DNA from: Candidatus Latescibacterota bacterium
GTDB lineage: Bacteria; Latescibacterota; UBA2968; UBA8231
Assembly (NCBI GenBank): GCA_965203175.1
Contig: OZ241867.1
Location: 4,064,001-4,128,000 of the forward strand
DNA length: 64,000 bases
Reading direction: 5' to 3'
Shown here: piece by piece, positions 41,724-50,866 of the stretch
How positions within the stretch are numbered: position 1 is the first letter of the stretch
How the letters are laid out: every line of letters begins with the position of its first letter
The notes under the pieces: model-generated
Databases searched by the model: none
Told to the model about the DNA's origin: nothing
What the model saw: the letters and a program-made list of their open reading frames with translations, nothing else
Translations under genes and position numbers: made by a program

Positions 41724-43769
41724 ATGCTGCGCCTAGGACTGATGATCTGCGGAGTGGGGACTTTTATTAGCACCGAGGCTTGGGGCCGGGCGGAGTTCCA
41801 CCTCGGTGGTGCTGAGGGCAATGTCTGGCAGGAGCTAGTCGAAGGCGGAGAAGGGGAGTACGCGGCAGTTGACGCCGAAGGGAATATCGTCGGGGTCTTC
41901 CCCGTCTCCTCGGTGCCGCTGGAGCCAGTGGCCGATCCTTTGATGAAGGACTCCGGCAAAGTCGTCATGATCGATTTCGCCGACAATACCCTGCGGCCGG
42001 TTTTGATTGATCCTGCGGAAAACCTGTCGCTGTCCATTGCCGAAAGGGGAGGCGACATCAACACCAGCATCCACGTCGCGTATACCAAAGAGGAGAGAAA
42101 GACCGTCGAACCAATCGTCGACGGCAATATCGAAACAGCGACGCTGCGACCCGTGGATATCTCGCCGCGCCTCGCCGGAGTCAACATAGGCAATGTCAAG
42201 AACATAGTGGTCAACCTAGGGGCTGAGTTACCCATCAACCGCATTCGCTTCTATCCGCGGCCGGGGTTTGAGGACAATTACTTGGCTTGGTACGAAATTA
42301 GCGTGGCCGACGCTACGGTGCCCTTTGTAGACCTGCCTGGTCAGCGCCGCCCAGGCAAGCGCTGGTACCAAGACATAAGCCGCGCTCTCGGAGCGAAAAA
42401 CGATCCGGCCTTTGACATCTTAGAGCGGAACTTGGAAAACCTCGACGTGGTAGTGGACTACCGCTTCCCAACGCGCGATCTAAAGTGGATTGGCATTCGG
42501 CCCTTGGACCCCGAGCGCACTTGGGAGATCGCCGAATTCGAGATCTACGGCGAGGGTTTTGTCACCCACACCGAGTACCGCACGCCCATCCTCGACTTTG
42601 GTCGTCCGGTGTCTTGGAGCAAAATCCGCTGGCGCGGTGCCATGCCCGAGGGTACACAAATTCAGTTGCGCACCCGCACCGGCAATACGCCGCAGCCCAA
42701 TCGGTTCTTCAGCATTGAGCGGACGGGCAATTTCGTCGAGATCGATCGCAAAGCCTACGACCTGACGTTCAGCGCCGGGTCTTTCAACGACGTGACTAGA
42801 AGCATCGACGCAGAGAACTGGAGCTCCTGGTCGCCGCCATACGACTTTGCAAGCGGTCTCCGCGACGAGGCCGTGTCGGCCGCAGCCTGGACGGATGGCA
42901 CACCACTGATGTCGCCTGGGCCGAGCCGCTATTTGCAACTCGAGATCGTCTTAACTGCCGACCGCGACCAAGCGCCCCGCATCGACGAGTTGTCGCTGCT
43001 TTTTGGCGAGGAATCGGCGGCCCGGGACGTGATCGCCGAGGTCTGGCCGATCGAGACGGAGAGTTTTGCTCCCCACACCTTTACGTATGTGGTGCGACCC
43101 CTCCTCGAAGAGAACAATACCGGGTTCGACCGCTTGGAAATTGCGACCCAGACTCGGGCTGAAGCCGTGCGGGCCGTTCTGGTGGATGGGGTGGACACAA
43201 CAGCGGATTTCCCGCCCGAGATCCAAGACGATCGCATCGTGGTGGGCTTTGAATTGCTGCGGGGGGTAGAGGATAGTGAGAAGCGGGTCGAGGTGGTCTT
43301 TGACGCCAAGGTGCTGCGTTTTGGCACCGAGTTCAGCGGCTGGGTCTACAACAGCGCCGAGCCGACCTTGAAGCAGCAGGTAAAGGCGGGAAACGCGACC
43401 TTTCGTTTTGGCGGGGACGTGCTTTCGGTCAACACGCCCATGGGCGGGGATCTGATCAGCGATTTGCGGGTGATGCCGCCGACCTTTACGCCCAATGACG
43501 ACGGGGTCAACGACCGCGTGCGCATTGCCCACGATGTGCGCAACTTAGGTACCTTGCGACAGCTAGAGGTGCAGATCTTCGACCTAGCCGGACGCCTAGT
43601 GGCAGATGTGGCCGGAACTGGAACCCAAAGTGGCGTTTTTGAGCACCAGTGGGACGGGCGAGACGCAGGGGGGAAAGTGGTTGCGCCCGGAATATACGTG
43701 TACAAAATATCGCTCGATACAGACCGGGGCAGCCAAGCGGCCAGTGGTCTGGTTGCCGTGGCCTATTGA
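41724..43769 (+). CDS. Secreted FlgD-Ig/CTD-domain protein (paralog 3)
   Basis: AGGAGG SD; NLG..LPINRIRFYPR, WEIAEFEIYGEGF, LRTRTG, WSSWSPPY, SPGPSRYLQ, EVWP, FTPNDDGVND, IFDLAGR, WDGRD, VAPGIY. Confidence 0.8.
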   Translation: MLRLGLMICGVGTFISTEAWGRAEFHLGGAEGNVWQELVEGGEGEYAAVDAEGNIVGVFPVSSVPLEPVADPLMKDSGKVVMIDFADNTLRPVLIDPAENLSLSIAERGGDINTSIHVAYTKEERKTVEPIVDGNIETATLRPVDISPRLAGVNIGNVKNIVVNLGAELPINRIRFYPRPGFEDNYLAWYEISVADATVPFVDLPGQRRPGKRWYQDISRALGAKNDPAFDILERNLENLDVVVDYRFPTRDLKWIGIRPLDPERTWEIAEFEIYGEGFVTHTEYRTPILDFGRPVSWSKIRWRGAMPEGTQIQLRTRTGNTPQPNRFFSIERTGNFVEIDRKAYDLTFSAGSFNDVTRSIDAENWSSWSPPYDFASGLRDEAVSAAAWTDGTPLMSPGPSRYLQLEIVLTADRDQAPRIDELSLLFGEESAARDVIAEVWPIETESFAPHTFTYVVRPLLEENNTGFDRLEIATQTRAEAVRAVLVDGVDTTADFPPEIQDDRIVVGFELLRGVEDSEKRVEVVFDAKVLRFGTEFSGWVYNSAEPTLKQQVKAGNATFRFGGDVLSVNTPMGGDLISDLRVMPPTFTPNDDGVNDRVRIAHDVRNLGTLRQLEVQIFDLAGRLVADVAGTGTQSGVFEHQWDGRDAGGKVVAPGIYVYKISLDTDRGSQAASGLVAVAY

Positions 43770-43801
43770 CGAGGCCGGCCATTTACTGGAGAAAGTTCGC
43801 A

Positions 43802-46534
43802 TTGAGACAGCAGCGCAACATACTCAGGGGGATCTTACTCCTGGCCATAGTCGCAGAGGCGACTTGGGGTCAGCAGCCCGACTACGGCTCGCGCTTGGGG
43901 GTCGGGCAGGGCACTGCGACTAATTTCCGGCCCCAAGGGGCCCAGGGGATGTTGGACGCGATCGACCCGGCGGTGCGGCGCTGGTACGTACCGCAGGAAC
44001 TCTTCGCCGAATACCGCTGGCGCCAGTGGGAATACACCAACTACGCCCGCTCTCCCTACCAGCGCTATATAAATGCCGATATAGAGGGGAGCTATTTCTA
44101 CGATCTCTACGGCAATTTCATCAATCAGGGGTGGCTAGTCTACAATACGTCCCAGGAAAGGCCGCAAGAATTTGGCAACGTCGTATTTCAATCCAGCCGT
44201 CTTGACCGATGGTTTTCCGGGGTGGTGGTAGCCGCAGATCAGAAGGGTTCGTATTTCTATGCGCTGACAGTGAGCCGCGACCTGCGCACGACCTTGACGC
44301 CCATGACCTTTTCCAAGGCGCGGCTGGACGGGGTGCAGGCTGACTTGGCCTCGGACAAATACGAGGGCACGCTGATTTATTCGCGCATCAGCGGTCCGCG
44401 GGGGGTCCGGGGACGCGAGGTGCGGCGAACGAGCGCTACTACCTTGTTCGGGGGGCGCTTTACAGCCCAAGTGGGCGACTTCACTGAGATGGGGATTCAC
44501 ATGGTGAATGCCCACCAAGCGAATGCGCTAACGGACCGGGATTTTTTTAAAAATATGATCACCGGTGCGCTGACCGAGAGGCAAAATTTTCAGGGGACCA
44601 GCCAAGCAGTGACCGCGGCTGGCCTGTTCGGAGGGGCCCAAGGAGGAACCGTGGGCTCGAATGCGATAACTGGAATCCAGATTGTGTTGCGCGACGATTC
44701 GCCCGAGGACGGCGTCGGTGGGGCGGCCTTTTTCCCGACCGGCTCCGATGTGCTCATCACCTACAGGGACGGCAGCGTCGATCGCGGCAGAGATATAGGC
44801 TTAGAGCCACTGGTTGAAGGGGGGCTGACAGAGCGGGGCTTTATCTCGGCCAACGGCAGCGAAGAGATCCGGCTGTTCTACGATTTTGGCAAGTCCGATT
44901 TTACCAACCGGGCCAGTGGCGAAGTAGGCGAAATCGTCGGGGTGGAGTTTCGCTTGGTCGTGGCCAACGACTACCAGATCTGGATGACATCGAACAACCA
45001 ACTCGATGTATCGGGCAATCCAGTGCTGCTGCTAGTGGACCAAGCGCGAGGCAATATCCGCGACCTGACCAATTTGCGCACCGTCAGCTTTGAATATGGC
45101 CTGCCCACGGCTACCCATATCTTGGGGGGTACGCTTGCAGTGAACGAGGTACTCGGTTTCGACTTGTACGGCGAGTACGACTTGAGCTGGAGCTACCGCA
45201 AGTATCCCAATGTGCTGGAGAATAAGCACAGAGCTTCTTCGGGCATCAAAGGCCGTCCCAACGCACCAGCTTGGATGGTGAACGCGTCCAAGCTGGCCGA
45301 GCCGTTCTTTTTTTACGGCGAGGCCTACAGCATGGATCCCTTCTACAATACCCAGGCATTTGTCGCCGCAGGTGGCGGCCAGATCGACTACAGTGCCGAC
45401 CGGGACCGCGTGGAACTGGTTGAGGACAACGACGATCAAGACCGAGTCCCCGACGCCTTTCGCAGCGACTGGGTGCAGCCGGATTTGCAGGTCTTCCCAG
45501 GGTGGGACCAGAACAACGACTTTGTACCGGATCTCAACCAGAACGACAATAGAGTCAAGATCAACAATACGCCCGACTACGAAGAGCCCTTCATGCGCTT
45601 TGGCGTCGATCGGCCGGAGTTTTTGTTCGGGGTGGACATGAACAACAATTTCTGGGTTGATCAGTACGAAAACGACGAGGAACCCGACTACCCCTACCGA
45701 CGCGACCATCGGGGCTACAACGCGTACGGCGGTGTATATCTGACGCCGCAACTGCGGCTGATGGCCGGGGTATTGCGCGAGGGGCTGATCTCTTCAGACC
45801 AAAAGAACCACGGTACCTACGCGGTGCTCAACTACGACGGGCTGTCACCGCGCTACGGCCGCCTGCGGATCTTTGAGATGGCCAAGCGGGTAGAGGACGA
45901 CATCCCCAACCCGCTGTTGCAGTGGGCCCCGGACAATACGATCCGGGGCGGAGCCCTGACCCCGTTGGACGATCCGCTCCTGGGACGCGACACCTGGGTG
46001 AACCAGTTCTTTGTCGGCCATAGTCTGAGAACGGCTTCGCTCCTTTTGCTGAGCAAATTGAACTACGTGTACTTCCACCAACGGCTGGACGAGGCGCAGC
46101 GGCAGCGATTGGGGCTGGACGAGACCGACTTTTTCTTTGGTCTCATCAACAAGGCTAGGTACGAGTACGAGTTGGGTCGGCTGATTGTTGAGCCGCGTTG
46201 GAAAAGCGAGTTCCGCAAGCAGAGCCGCACGTTGTTTGCGGCGGGCCAGCACACCAGCCTGATGGAATTGCTCGGTGCCTTGGCGCGGATGCAGCTTTTA
46301 GAGGTGACGCAAGTGCAGGCGGGGATGGAATACGTGTGGTTCGACGACTTTGACGACGACTTCAATGATTTCAACTCCCTGACGGTAGGGCTGCAATTCG
46401 CCAATACGTCGGCCTATCAAGGCTACAGCATCCGGTTATTGACGGGCATCGTCTTGGAGCGCAAGGATTTCAAAGAGCGTCAAGCGATAAATACAACGCA
46501 GGCGTTTATTACAATTTACGCGGGACTGGAGTGA
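43802..46534 (+). CDS. Uncharacterised exported protein, predicted outer-membrane beta-barrel-containing (paralog B)
   Basis: TTG start with signal peptide (..IVAEATWG|Q); colinear with 36018-38675 (DPAVRRWYVPQEL, LRTTLTPMTFSK, LRDDSPED, EPRWKSEFRKQ); ends FITIYAGLE. Confidence 0.7.
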   Translation: MRQQRNILRGILLLAIVAEATWGQQPDYGSRLGVGQGTATNFRPQGAQGMLDAIDPAVRRWYVPQELFAEYRWRQWEYTNYARSPYQRYINADIEGSYFYDLYGNFINQGWLVYNTSQERPQEFGNVVFQSSRLDRWFSGVVVAADQKGSYFYALTVSRDLRTTLTPMTFSKARLDGVQADLASDKYEGTLIYSRISGPRGVRGREVRRTSATTLFGGRFTAQVGDFTEMGIHMVNAHQANALTDRDFFKNMITGALTERQNFQGTSQAVTAAGLFGGAQGGTVGSNAITGIQIVLRDDSPEDGVGGAAFFPTGSDVLITYRDGSVDRGRDIGLEPLVEGGLTERGFISANGSEEIRLFYDFGKSDFTNRASGEVGEIVGVEFRLVVANDYQIWMTSNNQLDVSGNPVLLLVDQARGNIRDLTNLRTVSFEYGLPTATHILGGTLAVNEVLGFDLYGEYDLSWSYRKYPNVLENKHRASSGIKGRPNAPAWMVNASKLAEPFFFYGEAYSMDPFYNTQAFVAAGGGQIDYSADRDRVELVEDNDDQDRVPDAFRSDWVQPDLQVFPGWDQNNDFVPDLNQNDNRVKINNTPDYEEPFMRFGVDRPEFLFGVDMNNNFWVDQYENDEEPDYPYRRDHRGYNAYGGVYLTPQLRLMAGVLREGLISSDQKNHGTYAVLNYDGLSPRYGRLRIFEMAKRVEDDIPNPLLQWAPDNTIRGGALTPLDDPLLGRDTWVNQFFVGHSLRTASLLLLSKLNYVYFHQRLDEAQRQRLGLDETDFFFGLINKARYEYELGRLIVEPRWKSEFRKQSRTLFAAGQHTSLMELLGALARMQLLEVTQVQAGMEYVWFDDFDDDFNDFNSLTVGLQFANTSAYQGYSIRLLTGIVLERKDFKERQAINTTQAFITIYAGLE

Positions 46535-46690
46535 TTGGTCGTTAGAGATCAATAATCTACTGTAAACATTGAATTTATTGAGATTTTACAGCAAGAGAGC
46601 GACATTTTTATTTGCTTTTGGGTACTCAATGAATTAAGTATTTGGCACTATCATCCACTTTTGCCACCCTATGTAAAGGAGGGTATTATC

Positions 46691-47599
46691 ATGCGGAAAC
46701 TATTCTTGGTGTTAGGGATAGGGATTGCATCTATTGCCCAAGCCCACGATCCACCTGACTTGCTGCTGCTCGCAGTGCAGTTCCCCGATACCAATGTGCC
46801 GGTAATCGACGGATTCGACGACGACTGGTCTGCCATTCCCGTTGACCAGTATGGCATTTTCGCCGAGACGACCTATCCGGTGGGTGCTTCGACCCGAGAG
46901 GGGAGAGCGCTGGAATTTGCCTCGCAGGGTGAGATTGATCCCAGCGATATGAATTTCCGCCATTTGATCGGCTGGAGCGATAGCCAGAATATGTTCTACG
47001 TCACGACCTCGGTGTACGACAATTTGCACGTGACCAGCCGCCAGGATCCGGGCAGGTTCTACTGGGACGACAGCTACGAGATGGGGCTAAACGCCGACCA
47101 CACCAATATCGACGACCAGAACACAGGGGATATCGCCAACGGGTTCTACTACAAGTACGCGCTGCCGCCCAAGGACGGTGCCTTTGAATTTTTTAGGCCC
47201 AACCGCAATTTGCCGTGGCTGGTCAACGGTACGCGCTACGTCGAAATCGCCTGGAGCTTTACGGGCGAGGAGTTCGGCGAAAGCACGTATATCTACGAAA
47301 TCCGCATCCTGCCGATCGCGCAGATGCCCCTGAGCGAAGAAGCCACCGAGGATCAGGTAGTGGTTTGGGATTTCGAGGAAGGGCAGATCATCCACTGGGG
47401 CAATATGGTGATCGACGTCGATGTGCTCACCGGCGATGACGATTATCGCCATGGCCAGTGGAGTACCAGCCCTGGGGGGACGGCTGGCCGACCAGTGAGC
47501 GATGTGTTGCTCTCGCCCATAGACCCCGGCATCGAGTGGCCCGAAGCAACCGCAGTGGAAGCGGAGAGCTGGGGGCGGATTAAGGCTCAGTACCAGTAG
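46691..47599 (+). CDS. Secreted CBM9/DOMON-like putative sugar-binding protein with C-terminal TAVE-x2-SWG-x-IK motif
   Basis: AAGGAGG SD; signal peptide; PVIDGFDDDW, IGWS....FY..V.D, DDSYE, YIYE.RI; ends ATAVEAESWGRIKAQYQ. Confidence 0.7.
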   Translation: MRKLFLVLGIGIASIAQAHDPPDLLLLAVQFPDTNVPVIDGFDDDWSAIPVDQYGIFAETTYPVGASTREGRALEFASQGEIDPSDMNFRHLIGWSDSQNMFYVTTSVYDNLHVTSRQDPGRFYWDDSYEMGLNADHTNIDDQNTGDIANGFYYKYALPPKDGAFEFFRPNRNLPWLVNGTRYVEIAWSFTGEEFGESTYIYEIRILPIAQMPLSEEATEDQVVVWDFEEGQIIHWGNMVIDVDVLTGDDDYRHGQWSTSPGGTAGRPVSDVLLSPIDPGIEWPEATAVEAESWGRIKAQYQ

Positions 47600-47626
47600 T
47601 AATCCCACGAGTATTGGCCGAGTAGC

Positions 47627-47662
47627 AGAGAGCCCGTCTTTCTAGGCGGGCTCTCTTTTTTT
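47627..47662 (+). terminator. Rho-independent terminator
   Basis: AGAGAGCCCGTCT-ttct-AGGCGGGCTCTCT stem followed by a T run. Confidence 0.85.
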
Positions 47663-47682
47663 CGCACAACGGGCACGACACT

Positions 47683-48966
47683 ATGCGATTTTTGCGCTTG
47701 GGAGGACTGGTGGTCATCGTCCTCAGCGTCTTAATCGGCGCCAGCCAGTTTCGCCTGTACCCCACCGAAAACGTGCTGACCATCTGGGTCAGGGGTACGC
47801 CCGAACAGACGGCCATCTATCGCCAGATCATCGACGAATTCCGTACCCTGAACCCGGAGGCCAAGCTGCGGGTGGAGGTGATGCCAGCGCGGCGCTTTGT
47901 GCAAAAACTTTTGGCCGGCATTGACGCGGGGCACGCACCCGATGTGTTCAATTTGCACTGGAGAGATATGCCACAAGTGTCTAGCACCGGCCAGCTTTTG
48001 CCCCTAGATGAGTTGATCGATCGCCACGGGATTGACCGCGGTGACTACTACCCGGTAGGGCTGCGGGCCTATACCTACCGAGGCGTTCTCTACGGCCTGC
48101 CAGTCAAAGGATCGACCATCTCCTGCTATTACAATATGGACCTCTTCGACCGCTACGGGGTGGACTATCCGACCGACGACTGGACCTGGGAGGAACTGGT
48201 GGAGAAAGCCCGGAAGCTGACAGTCGATGAAGACGGCGATGGCATGACGGATATCTACGGGCTGACGCCCTATGATATCGCCAACTACGTGTGGAGTGCG
48301 GGCGGAGATTTTCTGCGGCAGGAGGACGGGCGTTGGGTGTCTAATCTGGACGACCCCAAGGTGCTCCTAGGTACGCAATTCTACGTGGATCTCTACTTTG
48401 AGAACAAAGTAAGTCCACCGCGGCCGGGAATGCGCAGCGACAACCCAATGAGCACCTTCACTTTTGAGGCGGGAAGGGTGGCCATGGCGATCACCGGTCC
48501 GTGGCGCATACCGGATTACCAACTTCTGGATCGCTTTCGCTGGAATTTGGCACTGGTTCCCGAAGGGCCGGGTGGGCGGCAGACGCGCTACGCTGGCTCG
48601 GGTTTTTCAATCTGGAAGGACACGCCGCAACCCGAAGCCGCTTGGAAACTAGTCGAGTTCCTAGTGGGGCCTGAGTCCATGGCCAAGATGGCGGTTTTGG
48701 GCAGCGATTTGCCGCCGCAGCGCTCAGTGGCCAGAACCGCCTTCCTGCGCGAGGACACGCCGTGGGACGAAGAGGTCTTTGTGCGGGCCATGGACTACGA
48801 GGTGCAGATCTTTCCGCAGGAGGTGTGGTGGGAAGATCTGTTCCGGCGCATGCAGGATGAGTTGGACGCGGCTTTGGCGGGCCGGGAGACAGTGGCGGAG
48901 TCGCTGCGGCAGGCCCACGAAGTGACCAACGCCTATCTAGATCGGATCTACAGGGAAGCTCCATGA
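47683..48966 (+). CDS. Sugar ABC transporter substrate-binding protein (CUT1)
   Basis: APDVF, LLPLD, YGLP, YYNMDLF, WTWEEL, FEAGRVAM..TGPW, AAWKLVEFL. Confidence 0.9.
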   Translation: MRFLRLGGLVVIVLSVLIGASQFRLYPTENVLTIWVRGTPEQTAIYRQIIDEFRTLNPEAKLRVEVMPARRFVQKLLAGIDAGHAPDVFNLHWRDMPQVSSTGQLLPLDELIDRHGIDRGDYYPVGLRAYTYRGVLYGLPVKGSTISCYYNMDLFDRYGVDYPTDDWTWEELVEKARKLTVDEDGDGMTDIYGLTPYDIANYVWSAGGDFLRQEDGRWVSNLDDPKVLLGTQFYVDLYFENKVSPPRPGMRSDNPMSTFTFEAGRVAMAITGPWRIPDYQLLDRFRWNLALVPEGPGGRQTRYAGSGFSIWKDTPQPEAAWKLVEFLVGPESMAKMAVLGSDLPPQRSVARTAFLREDTPWDEEVFVRAMDYEVQIFPQEVWWEDLFRRMQDELDAALAGRETVAESLRQAHEVTNAYLDRIYREAP

Positions 48967-49910
48967 AGCGCCAGGGATGGGCTGCCATCGGTTTCCTCAC
49001 ACCCAATTTAGTCGGCTTTCTGATCTTCACCTTGGGGCCGGTGGTGGCGGCTGCGGGGCTGAGCTTCTATCGCTACCAACTGGCCAGCGGCCAAGCGCCC
49101 GATTTCATTGGGCTGGCCAACTTTGCCGAGTTAGTGGGCTTTGATCGGGTGGACGGCGAGTGGAAGGCGCTCGACCCCTACTTCTGGCAGTATCTGGGCA
49201 ATACCTTGTTCCTCATGCTCAACATCCCCTTCTCAATGGCTGGGGCCCTGATCTTGGCGGTGCTGCTCAACAAAAATCTGAAGGGACGCATCGCCTTTCG
49301 CACCTTGTTTTTCATCCCGCATCTGTGCCACGGCGTGGCCATCTTCATGGTGTGGAAGATGGTCTTCACTTTCGAGCCAAACGTCGGCATCGTCAACGGA
49401 CTATTGTGGAGTCTATACAAATTTTTGGGCATTCCCGCCGAGCAGGCCATCGGGCTTTTGCCGGGCTGGCTGATCGACAAAAACTGGGCCAAGCCGGCTT
49501 TCATCATCATGTTCGTGTGGGCCAGCGTCGGGGGATTTAACATGATCCTCTACTTGGCGGGGCTGCAGAATATCCCGCCGGAACTCTACGAGGCTGCGGA
49601 GATGGACGGAGCTGGCTGGTGGGCGCGGTTGCGCCACATCACGGTACCGCAGTTGGCACCGACGACCTTTTTCATCTTTGTCACCAGCATCATCGGTGGA
49701 TTGCAGGGCGGTTTTGAGGCGGCCTATATCATGACTGCGGGCGGGCCGGAGGGATCGACGACGACCATGAGTTACTACATCTACACCCAGGCGTACGAGC
49801 GCTTGGAAATCGGCTATGCCGCAACGGTGTCCATGGTGCTGTTCGGGCTGATTTTTGCGCTGACGATGATCAACTGGCGCTTTGGCGGCAAAAGACTGGA
49901 GGCGGCCTGA
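48963..49910 (+). CDS. Carbohydrate ABC transporter permease
   Basis: Six TM segments; EAA motif LQNIPPELYEAAEMDGA. Confidence 0.92.
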   Translation: MKRQGWAAIGFLTPNLVGFLIFTLGPVVAAAGLSFYRYQLASGQAPDFIGLANFAELVGFDRVDGEWKALDPYFWQYLGNTLFLMLNIPFSMAGALILAVLLNKNLKGRIAFRTLFFIPHLCHGVAIFMVWKMVFTFEPNVGIVNGLLWSLYKFLGIPAEQAIGLLPGWLIDKNWAKPAFIIMFVWASVGGFNMILYLAGLQNIPPELYEAAEMDGAGWWARLRHITVPQLAPTTFFIFVTSIIGGLQGGFEAAYIMTAGGPEGSTTTMSYYIYTQAYERLEIGYAATVSMVLFGLIFALTMINWRFGGKRLEAA

Positions 49911-49911
49911 G

Positions 49912-50850
49912 ATGGCGGACGAACGCGCAGACATTGACGTCGATAAAAGTCGAGGGCCGCGGCGGGACCAAGCCGGAACCTTCACGTATGTGGCGCTGCT
50001 CTTTCTGCTCAGCGGCATGGTATTGCCCTTGCTGTGGACCGTGCTGACTTCGTTCAAATACAACGTCGATGTGACCTTGGGGTGGGTTCCGCCGCGCTGG
50101 ACTGTGGACAACTACGTGGGGGTAGTGGAGGCGTTCTCCTTTCTGCGCTACTACCTCAATTCGCTCTTTATCGCCTGTGCTGTGACGCTGGTGCAGGTGG
50201 CCACTAGCGTCATGGCGGCCTATGCCTTTGCGCGGCTCCAGTTCCGGGGGCGCGATCTAGTTTTTTTGGGCTACTTGGCGACGATGATGATTCCGTCCGA
50301 CGTGCTGATGATCCCGCAGTTCGTATTGATGAAGAAAATACCAGAATGGCTGAACATGGTCTTTGGCACGGAGGCGTTCGGCGGATTCGTCTATTTTCGC
50401 CATCACTACGTGGGGCGTCCCGTGGGGCTGGACAGCTTTTTCGCGCTGATCGCCCCGGGCTGCTTCAGCGCCTATGGCACCTTCATGCTCAGACAATTTC
50501 TGTTGGGCATCTCGCACGAAATTGAAGAGGCCGCCTATATTGACGGCTGCTCGCCTTGGGGGGTATTTCGGCACGTGATTCTGCCGCTGGCGAAGCCGGC
50601 GCTGGCCGCGCTCGCCATTTTCACGTTCCTAGGGCGCTGGCGCGCCTTTTTATGGCCTTTGATTATGATCGACTCGGATTCGATGATGGTGCTGTCGGTG
50701 GGACTGGCTAAGCTTTCGGATCTGTACAGCAATAACTACGGGCTGATCTGCGCTGGCACGGTGCTGATGCTCATTCCCATGATCGCCGTCTTTGTGCTCT
50801 GCCAGCGCTGGTTCATCAGCGGCATCCAACTCGGATCGGTCAAGGGATAA
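49912..50850 (+). CDS. Carbohydrate ABC transporter permease
   Basis: AAYAFARL, EIEEAAYIDG, Q.WFISGI..GSVKG. Confidence 0.92.
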   Translation: MADERADIDVDKSRGPRRDQAGTFTYVALLFLLSGMVLPLLWTVLTSFKYNVDVTLGWVPPRWTVDNYVGVVEAFSFLRYYLNSLFIACAVTLVQVATSVMAAYAFARLQFRGRDLVFLGYLATMMIPSDVLMIPQFVLMKKIPEWLNMVFGTEAFGGFVYFRHHYVGRPVGLDSFFALIAPGCFSAYGTFMLRQFLLGISHEIEEAAYIDGCSPWGVFRHVILPLAKPALAALAIFTFLGRWRAFLWPLIMIDSDSMMVLSVGLAKLSDLYSNNYGLICAGTVLMLIPMIAVFVLCQRWFISGIQLGSVKG

Positions 50851-50866
50851 TTGCGAGGAGGGCAAT

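Noticed and set aside
32849-46534. Flagellar (FlgD) or contractile/phage-tail locus
   Set aside because: The FlgD-Ig-like domain is only a C-terminal module on signal-peptide proteins, and no flagellar, sheath, tube or baseplate genes are present.
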